Positions 20,201 through 27,518 of a DNA stretch of 59,569 nucleotides are shown in pieces; within the stretch, counting starts at the first letter, position 1; each line of letters starts with the position of its first letter. The stretch is taken from IMG/VR virus record IMGVR_UViG_3300034147_000039, positions 1 through 59,569 of that record, one strand, 5' to 3'. The position numbers and the translations under genes are program-made. The DNA comes from a virus (Duplodnaviria; Caudoviricetes). Under the pieces are notes generated by a model. The model ran no database searches. It was given only the letters and a program-made list of their open reading frames with translations, and was not told where the DNA came from.

Positions 20201-20935
20201 ATCGTTATCAACATCGTCTATGGACTCACAAGTGCTCGGTTCAGCAATGCCTTCCGCGATAACCGTAACGTCGACAACATCGTTGCGAAACGAGGCGCCC
20301 TATTCATGATCGACCTCAAGGAGGCGGTCCAGAAGAAAGGATTCACAGTTGCGCACATCAAGACGGACTCGATCAAGATCCCAGAGGCAACTCAGGCGAT
20401 CATCGACTTCGTCATTGAATTTGGAAAGAAGTACGGCTATGACTTTGAGCACGAGGTCACGTACGACAAGTTCTGCCTGGTGAATGACGCAGTTTATATT
20501 GCCAGGACAGGAGACAAGTGGACTGCGGTTGGCGCACAGTTCCAACATCCATATGTCTTCAAGACTTTGTTCTCACACGAAGAGCTCACGTTCGACGATT
20601 ATTGTGAGACAAAGAGCGTCACTCAGGGAACCATGTACTTGAACTTCACCGATATTTCAACAGATCCTCCTGTGATAGAGGAGATGCATCACGTTGGACG
20701 ATGCGGAAGCTTCGTGCCAGTTTTGACTGGTGGTGGTCTACTCTGGAGGGTGAAGGACGATAAGCACTATGCCGTCACTGGAACGAAGGGATATTTGTGG
20801 ATCGAAAGGGAGGCCGCGCTTGTTCGAGAGCAAATGGGTGAGGCGTACATCGACATGTCATATTTCGAAAGGCTGAGGACAGAAGCGTTTGAAGCCGTCG
20901 ACTATTACGGTTCGTTCGAAAGGTTCGTTTCATAG
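17207..20935 (+). CDS. Fused SF3 helicase / AEP-type primase / family-B-like DNA polymerase
   Basis: Walker A GPAGSGKST; primase 'IDFD...SQSGSGLHLHY'; exo 'LDVEV','GFNN..YD','YCANDV'; PolB 'DVASMHP','KIVINIVYG','KTDS'. Confidence 0.9.
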   Translation: MDFYTIAIDTESKTGPWVYPDFTVGRSKDLMVRGRSFYAIWDEAQGMWSTDEYDVQRLVDEDLHRFAEEQNAKGKHYKVKNLKSFNTKVWSTFRAFMQNISDNSHTLDEKLTFANTEVKKSDYASKRLSYSLEPGNCDAWNELLGVLYSDEERAKIEWAIGAIVAGDAKRIQKFLVFYGPAGSGKSTVLNIIQKLFEGYVVTFDAKALGSGSNAFSTEAFRTNPLVAIQHDGDLSRIDDNTKLNSIISHEDLTLNEKYKSSYTSRVNAFLLMGTNQPIKISDAKSGMIRRLIDVHPTGVTIENGHYLHLLSQIDFEYGAIAHQCLMRYKSMGKNFYGAYRPVEMMLQTDVFYNFIEACYDIFKSQDGATLRQAYGLYKDYCTETGITRMLPQYKFREELRNYFDKFETQAIVDGGTVRSYYSGFRPLVTPSPFKPVDDEDLEMLEQPSFFDQLYPDQPAQYGKDSGFPGKKWEKVTTKLSDLDTSKLHFVQIPENHIVIDFDLVDEDGEKDAALNLAAASLWPPTYAEFSQSGSGLHLHYIYSGNVYDLAAEYDVGIEVKTLLGDASLRRKLTKCNGLEIATISSGLPKKDKPVLDVKSIQSEKGLRAMIERNLRKEILPGTKPSVDFIHKILEDAYREGLHYDVRDMRSQILAFAANSTHQSMYCIKLVQKMKFVSEDAMKSPGELSDKPLAFLDVEVYPNLFVVCWKYEGEANVVKMINPTSQEIEPLFGLRIVGFNNRRYDNHILYARWLGCSLEELHHISQKIIAGVDQVLYGEAFNLSYADIYDFSSVKQSLKKFEIELGIHHMELDLPYNEPVPEEKWPLVVDYCANDVIATEAVFVNRKQDFVARQILAELSGLSVNHTTQMHTAKIIFGDDRNPQSQFVYTDLSKEFKGYEFNGKESTYRGEVTGEGGYVYAEPGIYENVAVLDVASMHPTSIELLNLFGPYTANFSALKEARLAIKHKDYELARGLLGGKLEQFLGDDQDAEALAYALKIVINIVYGLTSARFSNAFRDNRNVDNIVAKRGALFMIDLKEAVQKKGFTVAHIKTDSIKIPEATQAIIDFVIEFGKKYGYDFEHEVTYDKFCLVNDAVYIARTGDKWTAVGAQFQHPYVFKTLFSHEELTFDDYCETKSVTQGTMYLNFTDISTDPPVIEEMHHVGRCGSFVPVLTGGGLLWRVKDDKHYAVTGTKGYLWIEREAALVREQMGEAYIDMSYFERLRTEAFEAVDYYGSFERFVS

Positions 20936-20946
20936 AGAGGAAGTCA

Positions 20947-21051
20947 ATGCGACTCAGAATGTTTTGGTGTGGAGTAGGAATGATTCTCGGCGTACTCAGT
21001 ACGTGCGTGTACTTATATTCTGGAATGCTCGACATGCATAAAGATGCGTGA
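20947..21051 (+). CDS. 34-aa membrane peptide
   Basis: RBS GAGAGGA; hydrophobic core. Confidence 0.5.
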   Translation: MRLRMFWCGVGMILGVLSTCVYLYSGMLDMHKDA

Positions 21052-21059
21052 GCGATTCC

Positions 21060-21088
21060 TCGCAGAAAAAACATGTCATATAATGAGA
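21060..21088 (+). promoter_or_regulatory. Promoter motif copy 6
   Basis: TCGCA-GAAAAA-ACA-TGTC-A-TATAAT-GAGA. Confidence 0.85.
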
Positions 21089-21167
21089 AGAACAGAATTG
21101 TCGGCCTCCTACTTAGGAGTACTGACTAGGTTTCATAAACGAAACTGAACACTGTTCTTATATTTTC
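21085..21167 (+). ncRNA. Candidate promoter-driven small RNA / structured leader
   Basis: Closing stem AAGAACAG/CTGTTCTT enclosing two hairpins; T-rich end. Confidence 0.5.
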
Positions 21168-21192
21168 TGTCCAACCAACGAAAGGAAAGTCA

Positions 21193-21639
21193 ATGCGTAA
21201 GATCCAAATTCGGCTCACCCCGAGAGTCATCGCATTTCTTGTTATTTTGTCTCTTGCGGCAAGCGTCTTCTCTGTTCCCCGGGATTCCACCATGGATGCC
21301 GTGGTCAGCTCGAATCCAGTCACCGAGACCTGGGTCGAGGACGAGGCCGTAGCGGGCGATTTCACATACAACAAGCAATGCACTATTCCGAGTGATATTT
21401 CGGATGGTCTCGGTGGAAAGTCAGGTGTCGGTCGCTCGGATTACAGCGAGAACTCGGCCATCGCAACGGCATACAACAAGGCCGCCAAGAAGGTGAGCTC
21501 GAGATGGCGTGCGGTATACGACAAGTGGTCTGGCGAAGTCAGCCTTCAGAGGAGCAACGGCAAGAAGGGCAAGAAGATCCGATGGACTGAGCACTATGCC
21601 TTTGATGGTCCATCTCATTGTGCCAACTATGAGCGATGA
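21193..21639 (+). CDS. Secreted/membrane-anchored hypothetical protein
   Basis: RBS GAAAGGA; signal-like N-terminus. Confidence 0.65.
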   Translation: MRKIQIRLTPRVIAFLVILSLAASVFSVPRDSTMDAVVSSNPVTETWVEDEAVAGDFTYNKQCTIPSDISDGLGGKSGVGRSDYSENSAIATAYNKAAKKVSSRWRAVYDKWSGEVSLQRSNGKKGKKIRWTEHYAFDGPSHCANYER

Positions 21640-21821
21640 AGACGCGAGCTCGAGTACCGATTGAGTGCGGGGAGCATGAGCAGTTCTCGGAAACACTCCC
21701 GCAATCGTTAATTGGCAAGCCCACCGCTGATGGATGGACGGTAGTAGAAGCAACAGCTGATGGACCGAGAAGGGTCTGGCTCACACTTGAGAAAGATGTT
21801 CCAGGAGAGGAAAAGGAATGA
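21636..21821 (+). CDS. Hypothetical protein
   Basis: ATGA coupling on both sides. Confidence 0.55.
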   Translation: MKTRARVPIECGEHEQFSETLPQSLIGKPTADGWTVVEATADGPRRVWLTLEKDVPGEEKE

Positions 21822-22315
21822 CAGATCGAGACAAAAGACTACTCACCCACGTCGAGCATCCAGATGATGATCACTACTTCGATGAGATCAGCATTCGTCT
21901 GGCGGAGAGATGGAAGGAATCAGAACTCTCCGGTGATGAATGGCGTTTCACAGCTATCGCTGAGGTGATGCGCAAGGGGAAAGTCATCGTAACGCTCAGT
22001 GCTTCAAGACTTGAGTGGTTGCTGGATGGATTGAAGTGGAACCTCCTGATCGCCGGAGAAAATGGCAAACTCGACATGGAGGCGTTGGCTAGCACGAAAG
22101 AACTGTGCGATCAACCGAGCTGTAAAGAAGAGCCAACGGTGTTCTACAGGCGACTTCGTCGTTACACCAAGCAAGGTGATCTGTTGGCGCCGAGCGAGTA
22201 CTCCGACGGAAAGGAGTACCGACAGTTCTGCACGAAGCACAAGCATCGAGGCGACTGTGCGTTGGACGACGCCGAGCACAACTACGAAGAAATTCCTGAT
22301 CCGAGGAAGGGGTAA
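21818..22315 (+). CDS. Hypothetical protein with Cys/His cluster
   Basis: C...C and C..H..H.GDC motifs; RBS AAGGA. Confidence 0.7.
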   Translation: MTDRDKRLLTHVEHPDDDHYFDEISIRLAERWKESELSGDEWRFTAIAEVMRKGKVIVTLSASRLEWLLDGLKWNLLIAGENGKLDMEALASTKELCDQPSCKEEPTVFYRRLRRYTKQGDLLAPSEYSDGKEYRQFCTKHKHRGDCALDDAEHNYEEIPDPRKG

Positions 22316-22317
22316 TC

Positions 22318-22848
22318 ATGGCTGTTAAAGACGAAGTTATGACATTCATGATCGAGGACGCTGAGCTGTATTGGAGGAACTTCTCTGGTAAGGAGGACAT
22401 GTTCAACGCTCCTGGTAACAGGAACTTCGGCGTTTTCCTCGAACCAGAACTTGCCGCACAAATGGCTGCCGATGGATGGAGCATCGGATGGACTAAGCCG
22501 AGGGACGATGAACCCGAAGGTCGTCCTTATATTTCGGTCAACGTCAAATACCGGAATCGTCAAGGACAACCAATTCGTCCTCCTCGTATTGTGATGCTCA
22601 CGTCGAGAAAGCGGAATAATCTCGGCGAAGATGACGTGGACATGCTCGATTGGGTCAACGTGAAGACCGTCGACATCATTTGTCGGGCATCGCATTGGAA
22701 CGTCAATGGAAAGACTGGCGTGAAGGCATATCTCCAGTCGATGTTCCTAACGATCGAAGAGGACTACCTCGAGCGGAAGTATGCCATGAACGAATCGGCG
22801 ATGGAAGACGATCCGGTGAGGTACGCATCAGACGAGGTGGATGACTAA
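22318..22848 (+). CDS. Single-stranded DNA-binding protein (putative)
   Basis: 'RNFSG....FN..G.RNF...GVKAYL.SM' with acidic C-terminal tail. Confidence 0.7.
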   Translation: MAVKDEVMTFMIEDAELYWRNFSGKEDMFNAPGNRNFGVFLEPELAAQMAADGWSIGWTKPRDDEPEGRPYISVNVKYRNRQGQPIRPPRIVMLTSRKRNNLGEDDVDMLDWVNVKTVDIICRASHWNVNGKTGVKAYLQSMFLTIEEDYLERKYAMNESAMEDDPVRYASDEVDD

Positions 22849-23030
22849 TGGGAAGGACGAAGGAAGAAATCAGCGAAGAAATTCAAGCATTGCTCGATGC
22901 TTTTCATAACGCAAGTATTGCGATAACAACTTCGCTGGAGCAATTCAAATCCGCCATGGAGACTGCGTCTGAGGCCCTCGAGCTGCTTGCTCCATATTTG
23001 AAAGATCTGGAGGAAGAAGATGGTGAATGA
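22848..23030 (+). CDS. Hypothetical protein
   Basis: Coupled start; RBS GAGG. Confidence 0.5.
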   Translation: MGRTKEEISEEIQALLDAFHNASIAITTSLEQFKSAMETASEALELLAPYLKDLEEEDGE

Positions 23031-23361
23031 ACCGAAAGACGAACGTTTCCGAAAGGCTGAAGAACGTCTCAAAAAGACAGTGGCTGAAGAAATTAAAGCC
23101 GCATATGAGCCCACCCCAGAAGAGCTCGCCGACATGCAGGACAAAAGCTGGACCAAGGAGATCCGTCGTGATGATGGGTTGAAAGAAGCTCCAACGCCCG
23201 AGTACGTTCTGATGATCTTCGAGACCGATGGCACAATTCGTTGGGCATATTTGGATACGCCGATTGTTCCTATTGATGCTCTTCAACCTGGAGAGATGGG
23301 GATGATTGTGCTCCCTATAGTTTCGAGGGCACGACACGGACACGGACAGGAAGAGGGATAA
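23020..23361 (+). CDS. Hypothetical protein
   Basis: RBS GGAGG; overlaps upstream gene. Confidence 0.6.
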   Translation: MVNEPKDERFRKAEERLKKTVAEEIKAAYEPTPEELADMQDKSWTKEIRRDDGLKEAPTPEYVLMIFETDGTIRWAYLDTPIVPIDALQPGEMGMIVLPIVSRARHGHGQEEG

Positions 23362-23831
23362 TGACTGATTTGAGGCAAGTCGTTGGGGAAGGCATGGGCG
23401 CAGTAAGCGTATGTTGGACCACCATTGCTGATGCCGGAGTCTTTCAATCTGAGTTGGCGGCCGGAATTGTGGATGAGGTCGTTGCGTGGATCGAAGCGCA
23501 CTATGAGCTCAAATCCGACGTGAGTGAGGTACTGGATTCGTCGATCGTGGCATGGATGGATCCATTGATGCACGACGAACGTGTTCGTCTTGAAGCGCTT
23601 GTGTTGGCTGTCCAGTCGATGGGCTTTCCTGAGCGCAATCAGGCAGGGAAAGTGGTCGAGAAAGCCGATACATTCGAACAATATATTCGTGCTGGTCGAC
23701 GTCGTTTGACCGTAGATCAGGCAGCGGCCGGAATGCAAACGCCAGAAAAAGCCCGGCGGGAAATTTACGAAGGAGTTTTCGGAGTCAAGGATTACCCAGC
23801 CGAAGAAGGAGCAGTAGACCTCGAAGGGTGA
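23361..23831 (+). CDS. Hypothetical protein
   Basis: TAATG coupling. Confidence 0.65.
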   Translation: MTDLRQVVGEGMGAVSVCWTTIADAGVFQSELAAGIVDEVVAWIEAHYELKSDVSEVLDSSIVAWMDPLMHDERVRLEALVLAVQSMGFPERNQAGKVVEKADTFEQYIRAGRRRLTVDQAAAGMQTPEKARREIYEGVFGVKDYPAEEGAVDLEG

Positions 23832-23924
23832 CGTAGAAAGGAGAAGTCACCAAGGTAATAAGCGGCGGAAGCCGGGAATAATCTTAATAACAACCCAACC
23901 CAAAAAACAACGAAAGGAAAGTCA

Positions 23925-24734
23925 ATGCGTAAGATCCTAAAGACAATCGGAAAGGGCTTGGCAGCGCTAATCGTCGCGGTCCTTGCCTTCTTGGCCTTCA
24001 TGGGCATCGCTCGAGCGGGCGACATGAGTGCGGCTAGCACCTGCACAGAGGCAACTGTTTCTTGGCACCTGCCCCCGGGAGATGTCTGGAAGCAGATCGA
24101 AGATGAAGGAAAGCTCGTAGCCGACCTGTATCACCCGGATGGAACGGTCGAACGAGGTATCCCTGTGAACGGCACCCGTCCCGCTACGCCCGGTGCGACA
24201 TATCGGGTGGTGTGGCGTGATCCCACGGCCGTGGACTGGTCAGGAGAATGGGGCGATGCCTCCATCGTGGTTCCAGGATTGGCGGTATGTCCGTCGCCGG
24301 TTGTTCCTCCCCCGCCGGCAGATACGCCCCCTCCTGCACCTCCCGTTGAGGTTCCTCCAGTGGTCGTTCCTCCTCCGGCAGCTCCTCCCGTGGCACCGCC
24401 AGTTGTGGTGAACCCACCAGTGGTAGTGACGGAATGCGTGGAGAACTGCGTCAACCTTCCTGCGACGGGTAGGACCGGCAACATCATCATGCTGTCCATC
24501 GCCACGTTCTTGTCCTTCCTCGGATATGCGCTGTATCGAGTTGGTCGTCCTGTCGGATGGGTGTCGCCGCAGATGCGGTTCTACATTCGGTTCGTTCGGC
24601 CTCGAGTCATCTGGCTGAATGCCCACCTCGTGCTATCATTCCGGCGGAGTAATTTGTGGATGATGATTTTCACCCCGCCAGAGATGTACCAGCCCCAGCC
24701 CGCATGGGTTTATTCATATCGGCTTGCTAGCTAA
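23925..24734 (+). CDS. Pro-rich surface protein with LPXTG-like sorting signal
   Basis: Signal peptide ending ARA; Pro/Val linker; LPATG followed by TM and Arg residues. Confidence 0.7.
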   Translation: MRKILKTIGKGLAALIVAVLAFLAFMGIARAGDMSAASTCTEATVSWHLPPGDVWKQIEDEGKLVADLYHPDGTVERGIPVNGTRPATPGATYRVVWRDPTAVDWSGEWGDASIVVPGLAVCPSPVVPPPPADTPPPAPPVEVPPVVVPPPAAPPVAPPVVVNPPVVVTECVENCVNLPATGRTGNIIMLSIATFLSFLGYALYRVGRPVGWVSPQMRFYIRFVRPRVIWLNAHLVLSFRRSNLWMMIFTPPEMYQPQPAWVYSYRLAS

Positions 24735-24773
24735 TCCACCCAACAGAAACACGAAACCGAAAAGAGGAATTCA

Positions 24774-25133
24774 ATGGTTATGGAATTCGAACCATTCGTC
24801 CGCCGTCCGTTCAGGGTCGAGGCAATCGAGATCACACTCGAGAACATGTCCGAGATCGCAGAGCTAATCGGTGACGTACGGACCAAGGACGGAACCACGT
24901 TCATCGCAATCGATCGTCGGATCGTTCCCAATGTCAATCGGGCCTTCGCTGGGTGGTGGATGACCCGTCTCAACGACAACTACCGCTGCTACAACCCGAA
25001 GGTGTTCAGGGAGCAGTTCATCGATCAGGTCGAAGTGCTGGCCTTCAACTTCCCGGCGGACGAGCCGGAGGATGACGACTTCGAGTACGACTACGTACCG
25101 GAAGGAGAGGTAGAGCCCGCAGCGGCCGAGTGA
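24774..25133 (+). CDS. Hypothetical protein
   Basis: 'F.R.PF.VEAI..T..N...G.W......Y....F...F' pattern; acidic tail. Confidence 0.7.
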   Translation: MVMEFEPFVRRPFRVEAIEITLENMSEIAELIGDVRTKDGTTFIAIDRRIVPNVNRAFAGWWMTRLNDNYRCYNPKVFREQFIDQVEVLAFNFPADEPEDDDFEYDYVPEGEVEPAAAE

Positions 25134-25380
25134 TCAAAGTTGGGTCCGACACGAAAAAAAAGGCCTCAGCCACCTGTTTGTCGGAATGTCTGTCGAAAGA
25201 TATCGAGATCAACATTGGGTCCACCCGCCGGATCCTAAGAGGATTTCGCCCAACAGAATCTGTGAAGGAAAGCACAGCCAGCCCAGGGGTCTCGGACGGA
25301 GGCTTTTTGGGTGTAAAAAAAACTTCCCGGAGGGTACAGGGGTGGTGGAGTTCAGGCGCTTCATCACCCCTCCTCTGTCA
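25134..25380 (+). ncRNA. Candidate structured intergenic RNA
   Basis: At least six complementary segments including a crossing (pseudoknot-like) pair. Confidence 0.5.
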
Positions 25381-25409
25381 TATTCCTATTGAAACAGAAA
25401 GGACACAGA

Positions 25410-25586
25410 ATGGCTTCACCAGAACTAGAGATATTGGAGCTCGCCGTCGAGGTGTGGGTGAAAGATACCACTAACTTAACCGACGAAAAAGTCAAAGCTC
25501 AGATTGCAGAGATGTATATCGAGGCTGAGAAGTTCGTCACAGAGCTTCAGACGAAATACCCGCATCTAAATTTCGTATTGGCTTAG
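25410..25586 (+). CDS. Hypothetical protein
   Basis: RBS GAAAGGA. Confidence 0.6.
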   Translation: MASPELEILELAVEVWVKDTTNLTDEKVKAQIAEMYIEAEKFVTELQTKYPHLNFVLA

Positions 25587-25644
25587 ACCAATGTGGGATG
25601 GGCGGTTAACCCAATTCGACAGAGAACACGTGAAAGGAAACGTA

Positions 25645-26070
25645 ATGAGAGGTAAGAATCAGATTCCGGGATACGCAGAAACTCCCGTGGGCGATGGCAC
25701 TTCGGTGTATTCGTATACCTGTCCGTGTGGTGCGGTCATGGCCATCGTTGGAAAGAAGAAGTATCACGCCAACACCTTCCTCGGCGCCGTGCGACTTCAT
25801 ATCGGGGTGTGTCAGAAGAGTGCAACAAAAGAATTGGCTGGATTGGACATGGAGGTGACATATCGTCAGCCGCAAATTCAGGCAACGCTGACTCCTCCGC
25901 CGGCAAATGGTACTACGCCTTTGGCTCCCCCGGTCATCGCACTTCCGATCGTTCCGACGACACGACATCTGCAGGAAGTTCCGAGACCAGTTCCAGAGAT
26001 CACGCCCGCTGAGGGTGCAGCCACTTCCGTAACGGATACGAGGATGTGGGGAGGAGCAAGCGGTTCCTGA
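25645..26070 (+). CDS. Hypothetical protein, Zn-finger-like N-terminus and Pro-rich tail
   Basis: RBS GAAAGGA; CPCG...H...C. Confidence 0.6.
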   Translation: MRGKNQIPGYAETPVGDGTSVYSYTCPCGAVMAIVGKKKYHANTFLGAVRLHIGVCQKSATKELAGLDMEVTYRQPQIQATLTPPPANGTTPLAPPVIALPIVPTTRHLQEVPRPVPEITPAEGAATSVTDTRMWGGASGS

Positions 26071-26197
26071 TATTCGCTGGGTGACGACACAATGACCCGC
26101 CAACCCCACGGCGTCCGTTTGTCTAATGTAAATAACGTCGACGTGTTTCTCCTAATTCAACCCCTTCAGGAGGAGCGGAGGACGTTGGCCCACGAAG

Positions 26198-26256
26198 TCG
26201 CAAAAAATACAAGCCATATAATGAGAGGAGTCCTTTGGACTCTTTTCTTTTTTTTT
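26198..26256 (+). promoter_or_regulatory. Promoter motif copy 7 fused directly to a terminator hairpin
   Basis: TCGCA-AAAAAT-ACA-AGCC-A-TATAAT then GAGAGGAGTCC-TTT-GGACTCTTTTC-T9. Confidence 0.8.
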
Positions 26257-26290
26257 CACTCACATCGACACAACCAAGAAAGGTAATTCA

Positions 26291-26920
26291 ATGACAACCG
26301 AGCATGAAGTGGAAATGACGAACCAGGAACGACTGGCGAAGGAAGCAACGGAAGCCGGGTTCCCGTGTGGCGGATGGGTTCAGGACATCCGACCGGGGGT
26401 TGATGTCTTTCTTCCCGAGATCGACGCGACAAACGGCGACTACAAGTTCGTCACCGGGACGGTCATTCGTGTCAACACGAATACGGAGTTCGCATACTCT
26501 TTCGTTCTTCGCATCGAGGACGGAACGCAAATCGTTCTCTTCCACAGCGGGTCGTGGCCCTGCTACTTCCGTGAGCCAGAGATGAGCCCGTTGCTGAAGA
26601 ACCTCATCGATTGGCTCGAGCGGTTGAAGCAGAATGCGCCGATCAAGGACGACCTCATGAACACGAAGTTCAAGAAGGAGGGCGAGGAGGAGCTCTTCAT
26701 CAAGCGGCACGATCTCGTGGATGACGACGAGCTCATCATCAAGCAGTTCGATCATGGTGGCGTCATCGAGCACGTCGATCCGGAACTCGAGAAGCTTCTG
26801 GACGAGGAAGAGCTGATCGAGGAGGGACAAGCAGAAGAACTCCGTCGCGCAAGACTTGCGTCGGAGGGTGTGGACAGGCGTAAGAACATTCTCGAGCATC
26901 AAATGCCCGACGTCGACTGA
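26291..26920 (+). CDS. Hypothetical acidic protein
   Basis: RBS GAAAGG; strongly biased codon usage. Confidence 0.7.
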   Translation: MTTEHEVEMTNQERLAKEATEAGFPCGGWVQDIRPGVDVFLPEIDATNGDYKFVTGTVIRVNTNTEFAYSFVLRIEDGTQIVLFHSGSWPCYFREPEMSPLLKNLIDWLERLKQNAPIKDDLMNTKFKKEGEEELFIKRHDLVDDDELIIKQFDHGGVIEHVDPELEKLLDEEELIEEGQAEELRRARLASEGVDRRKNILEHQMPDVD

Positions 26921-27100
26921 GCGACGTTAAATAGCCTTTTAGGCTCAGAGCGGTGCGTGGGTGTCGCCACAAACAAAATGGGACTCGTCCACCCAGTTTG
27001 GCGACGGTAACAAGCGTTGACACCGAGTGCACCTCTACCCGCCGGAGGTGACTTCAGAGAACGCTGCCCACCACATAAGGGCGAAAGGCCCCATATTGAG
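26921..27100 (+). ncRNA. Candidate structured intergenic RNA
   Basis: Nested stems and GAAA-capped hairpin upstream of RBS. Confidence 0.45.
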
Positions 27101-27110
27101 GAGGTGTGTA

Positions 27111-27269
27111 ATGTCCGACACGGGAGAGAAGCCCAAGAGCGACTTGATCACCATCGCCAAGTTCTTCGGCATCGCCGGCATGGGCGCGGTCGAGGAGATG
27201 AAGGCGTTGACGCCGGAGGACAAGGCGCAGCTGGGCGAGGGCATCCGCAACGGTACGTTCGCGTACTGA
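27111..27269 (+). CDS. 52-aa hypothetical protein
   Basis: RBS GAGGAGGTG; biased codons. Confidence 0.7.
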   Translation: MSDTGEKPKSDLITIAKFFGIAGMGAVEEMKALTPEDKAQLGEGIRNGTFAY

Positions 27270-27484
27270 TCAATGAGGTGCTAGGGATAATATGCGCCCC
27301 TACTGGCTGGTAGAGTCAGCCCACCTTGCACAAGAGCACCACCTAGGTTTCTGCTAGAGGTTTACCGGGTGGCTCAAACAAAACTTCTAGATGAGGCGCT
27401 AGAGGACGGAGGGCATCCGTAGCTCTACAGTCTGTGTTTCTCGGTTCGGTTGTACTTACCTAGAATGTCAGGCCGCCTCGTTTC
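27270..27484 (+). ncRNA. Candidate pseudoknotted intergenic RNA
   Basis: Three-way junction, 10-bp stem whose loop pairs upstream, third multibranch domain. Confidence 0.5.
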
Positions 27485-27518
27485 GCAACCAACTAATCAA
27501 CCAACGAAAGGAAAGCTA

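Noticed and set aside
21122-21146. Hammerhead-like CTGA...stem...GAAAC
   Set aside because: Core reads CTGACTA, not CUGANGA, and stems I/III with an NUH site could not be built
25130-25474. 114-aa and 68-aa ORFs from the track
   Set aside because: No RBS, atypical composition, overlap dense RNA-like pairing and the next real gene
27274-27330. tRNA gene
   Set aside because: Only two internal arms, no TTC T-loop or CCA; no canonical tRNA was recognised anywhere in the window
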